36,973 nt of DNA. Origin: an uncultured Actinomycetota bacterium. Its GTDB lineage: Bacteria > Actinomycetota > Humimicrobiia > Humimicrobiales > Humimicrobiaceae. Location: contig CAYZJW010000001.1 of assembly GCA_964478985.1 (NCBI GenBank), positions 9,969-46,941 of the forward strand. The letters run 5' to 3'. The notes below the pieces were generated by a model, which was not told the origin of the DNA, did no database searches, and saw only the letters and a list, made by a program, of their open reading frames with translations. The first letter of the stretch is position 1; the number at the start of each line of letters is the position of its first letter. Shown piece after piece: positions 1 to 7,470 of the stretch. Both the position numbers and the translations under genes were made by a program.

Positions 1-72
1 CTACCATCTTACTGTAGCGCATATACCGATAAGCGAACCCAGTATCATAAGTATCCTGTAAAGCTTCTTCAT
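1..72 (-). CDS. 23-aa hydrophobic micropeptide (MKKLYRILMILGSLIGICATVRW), unannotated
   Basis: Hand-translated from the reverse complement; it is below the 60-aa cutoff of the track. AGGAGG at 81-86 lies 8 nt upstream of the ATG at 70-72. The TAG stop at 1-3 is flush with the window edge. It is co-directional with the upstream operon. Confidence 0.35.
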   Translation of the reverse strand: MKKLYRILMILGSLIGICATVRW

Positions 73-90
73 CTTTTCCACCTCCTCTTA

Positions 91-258
91 TTATTTGCCC
101 GGATTTTCATTTTGGTACCAATCCATGAATATCCCTATATATTCTTCCAGCTGATCTTTGAATATCAGTACCAGTATTAATATTATTAAGACCGCAATTA
201 CTGCTATGGCTGTCTTCTCCCATACCGTAAGGCTCCTTTTTTCTCCTTCTCCGGTCAT
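91..258 (-). CDS. 55-aa single-pass membrane protein, unannotated (MTGEGEKRSLTVWEKTAIAVIAVLIILILVLIFKDQLEEYIGIFMDWYQNENPGK)
   Basis: Verified codon by codon. The ATG (256-258) overlaps the TGA (255-257) of the upstream HTH gene as ATGA. It has a clean 20-residue hydrophobic helix flanked by charged residues, and TAA at 91-93. It replaces the implausible 60-aa track ORF 107-289 in another frame. Confidence 0.55.
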   Translation of the reverse strand: MTGEGEKRSLTVWEKTAIAVIAVLIILILVLIFKDQLEEYIGIFMDWYQNENPGK

Positions 259-638
259 GATCTCCTGGTCCTGCTTTCGATGAAATCATCCAGACTGTCA
301 GAAGGTATCCGCCAGGAACTTCTTCCTTCCCTTATCTTGAAACCCTTGAGTTTTCCTGTTTTTAGCAGGTTCCATATATTGTCAATAGAAAGCTTCAATA
401 TCTTTGCCACCTGCTCCGCCGTGTACAGGACCCGGTCTGGTGATGCTTTTTCCTGCTCCTGTTCCCCCACAAAACTGTCCAGGAAATCCTCCAGCTCCTC
501 TTCCTTTATCCTTATAGCTTTCCCCACCCTTATTGCTTTTAGCTTCTTGAGCATGACCACTCTTATTATCTCTGTCTCACTTATACCGGTCAGTTCTGAA
601 ACCTCGCTTATGGTATAAAGTTTTTTTTCATCTCCCAT
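255..638 (-). CDS. DNA-binding protein with two tandem excisionase/MerR-type HTH domains
   Basis: Two repeats of the same pattern. Repeat 1 is LYTISEVSELTGISETEIIRVVMLKKLKAIRVGKAIRIKEEELEDFL. Repeat 2 is LYTAEQVAKILKLSIDNIWNLLKTGKLKGFKIREGRSSWRIPSDSLDDFI. They are joined by an acidic linker. The start lies 1 nt after the upstream stop. Confidence 0.8.
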   Translation of the reverse strand: MGDEKKLYTISEVSELTGISETEIIRVVMLKKLKAIRVGKAIRIKEEELEDFLDSFVGEQEQEKASPDRVLYTAEQVAKILKLSIDNIWNLLKTGKLKGFKIREGRSSWRIPSDSLDDFIESRTRRS

Positions 639-639
639 A

Positions 640-1710
640 TCAAAAAACCCTGCTTATAAGACCGTCCATGCTGTCTTGAAGGTCTATTATCCCTGCAGGC
701 CTTCCGCTGCTGATCAAATATTTCCTTTTTGCCTCGCATATAAAGGGAATCTTTTCACAAAGAGCGATGCCGGTCATATCCTCCAGTTCATCAGCGGTAA
801 GCCGGTTTGTATCATCAGCCCTGTTTAAGACAGCCAGTTTTTTCTGTCTGCCGGGAAGGAATTTATTAAATGCCTTTATCCTCTGGATCATGTCTATGTC
901 CTGCGATATCACCAGCACTGAAGTGGTGGATATGTTTATCATCTCCAGTGAGATATTGTCATATCTGAAGGGCAGGTCAGCAACTATCATGTCGTATTCA
1001 TTACGGGCAGAATAGACCAGGTCGTCCAGCATATCGATACTGAACTTTTCACCCCTGTAAAGGGAAACGGGCGGGCATAATACATCAACCCCCTCAAAGC
1101 TGGATATATCCTTCCAGACATCTTCATCACCCGCCAGGACATCTTCTGCAAAATGGTCCAGGCTGCGCGGATTTTTCATGCCAAGAGCCAGATGCATATC
1201 CGATGGCCCCTCACAAAAATTAAGGTCTATTACCAGGACCTTTCCCATATCCCTGTCATTGAATCTTCTGGCCATATTGAAAGCCATGGATGTCCTGCCG
1301 GTCCCTCCCTGTACGGAGTAGAAAGAGACGACCTCCTGTTTCAGGAACCTGTATTGCCCGGCATCATTTTTTTCTGCAGGTCCAATCCTGTCTATGGCCT
1401 GTAGTATATCCTGGAAACCCATCTTTGTGTCGGGACATCCTGTGCATGCAGCTCCCGGGAGTATATCGTTATTCCTGCTGCTTCCTGTTATTATTAGCTT
1501 TGAATCCGAATTTAGAGTAATAAAATCAGAGATCTCCCTGAATTCCTCTATTTCATCTGATAGTAAGATATAATCCGGCATATATTCTTCTATATAATGC
1601 CTGTAATTATATTGGAGGTTTAGTGCAGTCAATCTGTGGCCTCTGGATTGGAAGCTGCCTATATTATCAGATATTTCCCTGTTATTTCCTATATAAAGTA
1701 TCATTCCCAT
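640..1710 (-). CDS. TadZ/CpaE/Ssd-like ParA/MinD-family protein: receiver-like N-domain plus atypical P-loop domain
   Basis: About 130 aa of N-terminal receiver-like fold (MILYIGNN..DYILLSDEI..KLIITG). The ParA-like core follows: VVSFYSVQGGTGRTSMAFNMA (Walker A position), KVLVIDLN, and DMIVADLP (Walker B). Confidence 0.7.
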   Translation of the reverse strand: MGMILYIGNNREISDNIGSFQSRGHRLTALNLQYNYRHYIEEYMPDYILLSDEIEEFREISDFITLNSDSKLIITGSSRNNDILPGAACTGCPDTKMGFQDILQAIDRIGPAEKNDAGQYRFLKQEVVSFYSVQGGTGRTSMAFNMARRFNDRDMGKVLVIDLNFCEGPSDMHLALGMKNPRSLDHFAEDVLAGDEDVWKDISSFEGVDVLCPPVSLYRGEKFSIDMLDDLVYSARNEYDMIVADLPFRYDNISLEMINISTTSVLVISQDIDMIQRIKAFNKFLPGRQKKLAVLNRADDTNRLTADELEDMTGIALCEKIPFICEAKRKYLISSGRPAGIIDLQDSMDGLISRVF

Positions 1711-1843
1711 GCTGCAAATATTATTATAATTTATTATTACTTTTATTAATATTTTATTATTATATTTTTATTTATAATAGTATTTATAGATGTGATAATA
1801 TTAAACAATTTTTAACCATATCTGATATATATTTTATATATAT

Positions 1844-1883
1844 TTGACATTTCTATAATAAATCTATTATACCGCTATGTCAA
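1844..1883. promoter_or_regulatory. Two-fold symmetric divergent promoter-like element (TTGACA ... TGTCAA)
   Basis: Minus strand: TTGACA (1878-1883), N17, TATTAT (1855-1860), pointing at the TadZ-like operon. Plus strand: TTGACA (1844-1849), N15, TATTAT (1865-1870). The arms ATTTGACAT and ATGTCAAAT are exact reverse complements. Confidence 0.4.
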
Positions 1884-2028
1884 ATCTTTTTGTTATTATC
1901 TGGTATATGGCGTGGTTTTCCGGTTATGGCCGGTATTTACTGGCAAAATTGCAGTTGATGGTGAATAAATAGCTGATGTTTTCGGCAGAAGCTGTTATTT
2001 CTGTGATTATTGGCCGGGAGCCTTTTAA

Positions 2029-2328
2029 TTACCGGATTTTCTGGCTGTTTTTTAGCAGGACACCTGAATAATCTATCGACTGGTCTCCTTCAACCTGTAT
2101 CTTCTTGTAATTTGATGCAGCGCCAGATATTATCCTTATCTTTTTCTTTGCTACTCCGGTGATCTCCGAGATCAGACTGATAAGCTCCCGGTTTGCTTTT
2201 CCTTTTTCTGGGGCTGCTGCCACCCTTATCTTTATCCTGTCCCCGTAAAGGCCGTCTATTTTAGTCCTGGCAGCATTGGGTCTTATATAAAAGTCATAGA
2301 TATCAGTCATCAGTTTTGAAGAAATCAT
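2029..2328 (-). CDS. yggU: DUF167/YggU family protein
   Basis: About 96 aa with IKIRVAAAPEKGKANRELISLISEITGV, matching the YggU pattern V.A.P..G.AN..L. It is the last gene of the ylm block. The start could instead be the ATG at 2310, which overlaps the divIVA stop. Confidence 0.8.
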   Translation of the reverse strand: MISSKLMTDIYDFYIRPNAARTKIDGLYGDRIKIRVAAAPEKGKANRELISLISEITGVAKKKIRIISGAASNYKKIQVEGDQSIDYSGVLLKNSQKIR

Positions 2329-3136
2329 TTATAATATCAGGATTAGCAATATCTATCTTTTTCCTGTCTTTTTTTAATTCTTCTTCATCTTCTTTATCTT
2401 CCGGTCCTGCATTATCTTCTTTTACGGGATCCGTTCCACTTTTTTCATCACTTTCGCCGTCGTCCAGCTTTTCCAGCATCTCATCCGTAAGTGCCGCCAG
2501 GTCCTTCAGGTCGTTTTCTTCCAGGCTGCTATCCCTGCCGTCTTTCCTGGCATGTTTGTAGACAACCTCTTCCCTGATGTTGCTGCTGCTGCCGGGCTGT
2601 TTTTCCCCGATTGCCGTTTCCTGGCCGCTGCTGCTGTTTTGTCTCTTGCTTTCGTTTTCCGCAGCCTCAAGGGAATCCATCAGTTTCCCGTCCCCCACCG
2701 AGGCCATCTTCTGTTTGAAATCATCGGCAAATCTTGATATCTGCTGTTTAAACTCAGAATATTCTTTCCTGAGGCTGGTAATGCCGGATTCCAGGGAGAC
2801 CTTTTCATCGCGGAGCCTCCTTAATTCCTGTTCTTCCTCTATCTTCTTTTTTCCCATCATCTCTTCAGCCTCGATCTTTGCCTTCTGCTTGATGTCTTCT
2901 GCCATGCGGTGGGCGGATATGAGGGCTTCCTGTATTACTTTTTTCATCTTGGAGGATTCGGTATCGCCTTCATATTTGATGGTGTCTATTCTTTCTTCCA
3001 TTTCCCTGATCTTTTTCTGCATCCCTTCAAATTCCATAGCCAGAAGATCAAGGAATTTATCTACTTCTTCAGGCTTGTAGCCCTTAAAGACTATATGGAA
3101 TTCCTTTTTGTGAATACTTTCAGAACTTAAACTCAT
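2303..3136 (-). CDS. divIVA: DivIVA-domain cell-division/polarity protein
   Basis: N-terminal IHKKEFHIVFKGYKPEEVDKFLDLLAMEFE, the DivIVA lipid-binding signature. A coiled coil and a long acidic tail follow. GGAGGT Shine-Dalgarno sequence upstream. Confidence 0.9.
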   Translation of the reverse strand: MSLSSESIHKKEFHIVFKGYKPEEVDKFLDLLAMEFEGMQKKIREMEERIDTIKYEGDTESSKMKKVIQEALISAHRMAEDIKQKAKIEAEEMMGKKKIEEEQELRRLRDEKVSLESGITSLRKEYSEFKQQISRFADDFKQKMASVGDGKLMDSLEAAENESKRQNSSSGQETAIGEKQPGSSSNIREEVVYKHARKDGRDSSLEENDLKDLAALTDEMLEKLDDGESDEKSGTDPVKEDNAGPEDKEDEEELKKDRKKIDIANPDIINDFFKTDD

Positions 3137-3177
3137 AGCTACCTCCGAAATTGGCTAATACTTATTACATATTATTG

Positions 3178-3465
3178 CTATATATATCTTACCGCTACAT
3201 ATCTTAAAAGTACTGTTATCAATTGTATCACTAAAATGGCTGCAATATAAGACAGGTCCAGATATCCCCTGCCTATCCGCACCAGCGGTATTATTTTCCT
3301 AAATAATACCAAAAATGGTTCAGTTATGTCGAACAGGAATTTATAGACTCTTCCTAAAAAACCCATTCCAGGGTTGATCCTGAACCAGGACAGTATGAGC
3401 CGGAAAAAAAGGATATAGGAATATATGCGCAGGATAAATATGATTATTTCAAAGAATACTGCCAT
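3178..3465 (-). CDS. yggT: YggT family membrane protein
   Basis: 95 aa, two to three transmembrane helices, at the conserved position after sepF/proC. The ATG abuts the proC stop with a 0-nt gap. Confidence 0.85.
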   Translation of the reverse strand: MAVFFEIIIFILRIYSYILFFRLILSWFRINPGMGFLGRVYKFLFDITEPFLVLFRKIIPLVRIGRGYLDLSYIAAILVIQLITVLLRYVAVRYI

Positions 3466-4287
3466 CTAGGTCATTTCCCTTTCAAGTTCCCGTGAACGTT
3501 TAAGCGCGCTTTCTACTGCTTTTTCCACTATCTCAGGCAGCCCTTTTTCCCTGAAAGCCAGAAGAGCCCTTTCAGTGGTCCCTCCGGGGGATGCCACTTT
3601 TGATATAAGCTCTTCCATATCTATGCCCGATCTCATTATCATCTCTCCTGACCCGGTCATGGTTACCGCAGCCAGCTTCCTGGCAGTACCGGGGTCCAGC
3701 CCGTTTTTTATGGCTGCTTCTATAAGCGCCTGGCAAAAAAGGAAAAAATATGCCGGACCGCTCCCGTTTATAGCTGTGGATATGTGCTGGAGGTCCTCAT
3801 CGATGATGCTGCATTTTCCCACTGATCCCATGAGCTCCATTACAAAGTCCAGTTCACTCTGAGCCGCATACTTTCCCCTGCTAATGGTTATCATACCTTT
3901 TTTATAAAGCGCGGGCGTATTCGGCATCACCCTTAAAACGGAAGTCCCCTGGCCCAGGTTTTTCTCATAATAGGAAGTGCTGATACCGGCAGCTATGCTT
4001 ATTATGCAGTTATTTTCTTTCCTGAAACAATCACCCATGGTCTTTATAAGTGCGGCAATATCCTGGGGCTTTACAGCTATTATGAGATATTTTGATCTTT
4101 TTACTATAGTGCAGATGTCTGTAAAAGACTCGATCATGTATTTATTTATTATATAATCCCTCCTGGAAGCATCCTTTTCCAGGAAACCCACATCATCCGG
4201 CCCCAGGAAAGACATCTCCAGAAGACCATTGAGTATCGCCTCACCCATATTTCCGCAGCCTATAAATGAGATCTTCTTTTCTTTCAA
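3466..4287 (-). CDS. proC: Pyrroline-5-carboxylate reductase
   Basis: Rossmann motif ISFIGCGNMGEAI and C-terminal VASPGGTTERAL signature. TTG start with AAGGGGA 7 nt upstream. Confidence 0.92.
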   Translation of the reverse strand: MKEKKISFIGCGNMGEAILNGLLEMSFLGPDDVGFLEKDASRRDYIINKYMIESFTDICTIVKRSKYLIIAVKPQDIAALIKTMGDCFRKENNCIISIAAGISTSYYEKNLGQGTSVLRVMPNTPALYKKGMITISRGKYAAQSELDFVMELMGSVGKCSIIDEDLQHISTAINGSGPAYFFLFCQALIEAAIKNGLDPGTARKLAAVTMTGSGEMIMRSGIDMEELISKVASPGGTTERALLAFREKGLPEIVEKAVESALKRSRELEREMT

Positions 4288-4298
4288 TATATATCCCC

Positions 4299-4778
4299 TT
4301 AAAAAGACTTGAGGAATCCTTCCTCATTCAAGATGCCGTTTTCCCCGGTATTGACTTCCACACTTGAAGGTATTATCAGGAATACCCTGTCTGCCACTTT
4401 CTTTATATCGCCTTCCAGGGCATATGTCAGTCCGCTGCAGAAATCTATTATACGCTTGGATATATTGGTGTCCACCTTCTGGAGGTTTACTATGACCGGG
4501 ATATCATTCTTGAAATTATCAGCTATCCCCTGTATCTCCTCGAATTCGCCCGGCTCGGCTACAAAGACCCTGTTTTTGCCTGACTCACGGGCACTGCTTA
4601 TAAGGGATACCTTTTTCCGGGGAGGTTTTCTTGAAGACATCCTCTCAGAAGCAGATATATTCTCTTTCGGTATCTTGCTTTTCTCCCGCAGTGGCAGTCT
4701 TTCTTCCTCTTCCACTTCAATTTCCTCTTCGTCTGACAGTCCGAAAAAGGATAATGTCTTTCTGAAAAAACTGCTCAT
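4299..4778 (-). CDS. sepF: Cell division protein SepF
   Basis: N-terminal amphipathic MSSFFRKTLSFFGL. The C-terminal domain reads VFVAEPGEFEEIQGIADNFKNDIPVIVNL...ISKRIIDFCSG. AGGAGG upstream. Confidence 0.9.
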   Translation of the reverse strand: MSSFFRKTLSFFGLSDEEEIEVEEEERLPLREKSKIPKENISASERMSSRKPPRKKVSLISSARESGKNRVFVAEPGEFEEIQGIADNFKNDIPVIVNLQKVDTNISKRIIDFCSGLTYALEGDIKKVADRVFLIIPSSVEVNTGENGILNEEGFLKSF

Positions 4779-4799
4779 AGTTCCTCCTGGCCTTAATTC

Positions 4800-5480
4800 C
4801 TATTTAAAAATGCTGGAACCTATCCTTATCATGGTAGCTCCTTCTTCTATAGCTGCCATAAAATCATTGCTCATCCCCATGGACAGTTCGGAAAAGTGAC
4901 CGGTTATCCCCAGACCGGATATCCTGTCCTTCAACTGCCTCAACTGTTTGAAAAGGCCCCTTATAAGCTCCATATCACCGGTATAGGGGGCCATGGTCAT
5001 AAGACCTATTAACCTGGTGTTCTCCACCTTTTCTGCCTTAGTAATAAAATCTATCATATTGTCAGGATTCAGTCCATATTTGGTTTCTTCGCCTGATATA
5101 TTGACTTCGGCCAGGACATCCTGCACCTTGCCGCACCTGCCTGCCTGTTTCCCTATCTCTTCCAGGATCTTAAGGGAATCGATAGAGTGTATATAATCGA
5201 CTTCAGGCACCACATCACGCGCTTTCCTGCTCTGCAGGTGCCCTATGAAATGCCACACTGCTTTCCTTTCTACATTGGCCTTCTTGCTCAGAAGTTCATC
5301 TGCACGGTTTTCTCCAAAATTATCTATGCCCAGTTCACTTATCATCCTTACACCTTCGGCATCCGTATATTTGGTAGCAGCTACAATTGTCACCTCCAGG
5401 GGATCCCTTCCCGCATTCCGGCATGCGGATGCAACCTGTCCTTTAAGCCTTATTATATTATTCCTGTATTTTTCTATCAT
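4800..5480 (-). CDS. yggS: YggS/PROSC-family PLP-binding (PLP homeostasis) protein
   Basis: VTIVAATKY (PLP lysine), WHFIGHLQSRK and LSMGMSNDF motifs. About 226 aa. Confidence 0.92.
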   Translation of the reverse strand: MIEKYRNNIIRLKGQVASACRNAGRDPLEVTIVAATKYTDAEGVRMISELGIDNFGENRADELLSKKANVERKAVWHFIGHLQSRKARDVVPEVDYIHSIDSLKILEEIGKQAGRCGKVQDVLAEVNISGEETKYGLNPDNMIDFITKAEKVENTRLIGLMTMAPYTGDMELIRGLFKQLRQLKDRISGLGITGHFSELSMGMSNDFMAAIEEGATMIRIGSSIFK

Positions 5481-5495
5481 ATATCCCTTAAATGA

Positions 5496-6293
5496 TCATC
5501 TATCACAAACCATGGCCACTGCCGCCTGCCTGCCCGTGACCTTTTCCCTGCGATAGGAAAAATACTGGCTGCTGCAGCAGGTGCAGGCACCGGTATCAAA
5601 AATATTTTCCGCAGGTATGCCAAAATCCAAAGCCTGCCTCCGGTTGAGGCCGGCCAGGTCCAGAAATCTTCTTCCATTGCGGGATGCAATGCTGCCGCCT
5701 GCATACTTTTTTCCGGCAAATCCCAGCGCCAGGTCATCTCCCACCTCATAACAGCATTGCCTGATGCCCGGCCCTATAAATACCATGATGCTGTCCCTAC
5801 TGGAGCCGAACCGGGTGCTGAAAGTCTCAAGGGCCCCGGCAGCCATGCTTTTCTGTGTGCCCTTCCAGCCGGCATGAACAGCGCATACAGCCCTTTTTTT
5901 GATATCTGCAAATACCATGAGCATGCAGTCTGCCCCCATCACCATTACTGGCAAGTCATTACAGCCAGTCATAAGGCCGTCTGCATCCTGCTGGATATCC
6001 CCGTCTAAATGCTTGGTGTCTTCCCTTACTTCGATCATATTATTACCGTGCACCTGGCGGGCAGAATAAAGGCAGCCGTCCAGATCCAGTATTTTCTTTA
6101 GCAAAAGGCGCCTGTTCTTTTTAACTGTTTCCCGGTCATCCCCAACATGGTATGCAAGGTTAAGTGAATCATACGGACTCTGGCTAAAGCCGGTATTCCT
6201 GGAGGTAAAACCGCAGAAAAGTCCGTACCTGCCTAAAAAAGAAAAAGCCAGAAAAGACAGTCCTGAGATCTTTTTTTCTTCCATCAACCGCAT
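5496..6293 (-). CDS. pgeF: PgeF/YfiH (DUF152) peptidoglycan-editing factor / purine nucleoside phosphorylase family
   Basis: SPYDSLNLAYHVGDD, ARQVHGN, GADCMLMVF and AVHAGWKG motifs. Conserved position just downstream of ftsZ. Confidence 0.9.
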   Translation of the reverse strand: MRLMEEKKISGLSFLAFSFLGRYGLFCGFTSRNTGFSQSPYDSLNLAYHVGDDRETVKKNRRLLLKKILDLDGCLYSARQVHGNNMIEVREDTKHLDGDIQQDADGLMTGCNDLPVMVMGADCMLMVFADIKKRAVCAVHAGWKGTQKSMAAGALETFSTRFGSSRDSIMVFIGPGIRQCCYEVGDDLALGFAGKKYAGGSIASRNGRRFLDLAGLNRRQALDFGIPAENIFDTGACTCCSSQYFSYRREKVTGRQAAVAMVCDR

Positions 6294-6300
6294 TATATGC

Positions 6301-7455
6301 CTATTTTTTGTCTTTTCTCAGAAAAGTGGGGATATCCAGGTAGTCGTCATCATTTATAGCGGCGAAATCGTCATCCCTGAACTTATCCCGGGCAGGTCTT
6401 TCTTCTTCCTCTACCAGCTCTTCTTCCAGCTCGTCCAGCTTCTTTCCTATTTCTTCCTTTTGCTTCCCTGCTTTTTCCTTTTTTTCTGCCTGGCCGGCTG
6501 GGGCCTTGATGCTGCCGGAGCCAAATCCGGTAGCTATAATAGTCACCTTTATATTATCATTCATCTTTTCATCTATGACAGACCCGAAAATAATATTGGC
6601 ATCCTGGCTGGAAGCATTCCTTACTATCTCTGCAGCTTCATTTATCTCATAAAGCTTAAGGTCGGGGCCGCCTGATATGTTCAGGAGTATCCCGGTAGCA
6701 CCATCTATGGAATCTTCGATGAGGGGGCTGCTTATGGCACTCTGGGCAGCCTTTATGGCCCTGTTGTCGCCTGAAGCTGTTCCCTCGCCCAGTATGGCAT
6801 TTCCTGCACCCTTTATGATAGATCTCACATCTGCGAAATCGAGATTTATAAGGCCGGGAAGGGTGATAAGGTCAGTGACTCCCCTGACACCTGCCTTAAG
6901 TACATTGTCGGCAAGCTTGAAAGCATTCAGCAGGGTCGTATTGTCATCAGCTATCTCCAGCAGCTTGTCATTTGGTATCACGATAAGTGTGTCTACCATG
7001 GACCTCAGTGCATTGATCCCTTCTTCTGCCTGGACCATCCTCTTCCTTCCTTCAAAGGTAAAAGGTTTTGTGACCACAGCCACTGTAAGGCAGCCGGCCT
7101 CGCTGGCAATCTTTGCTATTGTGGGGGCAGCCCCGGTTCCGGTACCTCCTCCTTCACCCAGAGCCAAAAATACCATGTCCGCATCCTTGACAGTCTCTCT
7201 TATCTCATCTGCTGATCTCTCGGCAGCATCTTTTCCCATTTCGGGATTAGAACCGGCTCCCAGGCCTGATTCGCCGATGAGTACTTTTTTATCTGCATTG
7301 GACATCATAAGCGCCTGGGCATCTGTATTTATTGCTACAAACTCGCAGCCGCTTAGATTGTCCTCCATCATCCTGTTTATGGCATTGCTTCCGCCGCCGC
7401 CGATTCCGAGAACCCTTATGACCGCATAATAACTTTTATCAAGATCCAGAGTCAC
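6301..7455 (-). CDS. ftsZ: Cell division GTPase FtsZ
   Basis: GIGGGGSNAINRM, the tubulin signature GGGTGTGAAP, and the C-terminal peptide DDYLDIPTFLRK. GTG start with AGGAGG upstream. Confidence 0.98.
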   Translation of the reverse strand: MTLDLDKSYYAVIRVLGIGGGGSNAINRMMEDNLSGCEFVAINTDAQALMMSNADKKVLIGESGLGAGSNPEMGKDAAERSADEIRETVKDADMVFLALGEGGGTGTGAAPTIAKIASEAGCLTVAVVTKPFTFEGRKRMVQAEEGINALRSMVDTLIVIPNDKLLEIADDNTTLLNAFKLADNVLKAGVRGVTDLITLPGLINLDFADVRSIIKGAGNAILGEGTASGDNRAIKAAQSAISSPLIEDSIDGATGILLNISGGPDLKLYEINEAAEIVRNASSQDANIIFGSVIDEKMNDNIKVTIIATGFGSGSIKAPAGQAEKKEKAGKQKEEIGKKLDELEEELVEEEERPARDKFRDDDFAAINDDDYLDIPTFLRKDKK

Positions 7456-7470
7456 TTTAATACCTCCTGT

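Noticed and set aside
91-258. The 55-aa protein as an Flp/Tad-type prepilin (because of the neighbouring TadZ-like gene and a TAI...hydrophobic stretch)
   Set aside because: It lacks the diagnostic G/xxxxEY processing motif. There is no Gly at the cleavage position and no Glu-Tyr at +5/+6. No prepilin peptidase or tadABC genes are in view.
107-289. 60-aa minus-strand ORF from the track
   Set aside because: It overlaps the HTH gene by 35 nt, and its composition is odd (RRRRKKEPYG..., no hydrophobic core). A much more protein-like 55-codon ORF occupies the same DNA in another frame (91-258) with an ATGA coupling.
1711-1870. The very AT-rich 160-bp tract as a mobile-element boundary, an attachment site or a replication origin
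   Set aside because: I saw no flanking direct or terminal inverted repeats, no integrase, transposase or tRNA nearby, and no cluster of DnaA-box-like TTATCCACA sequences. Promoter or leader DNA explains it better.
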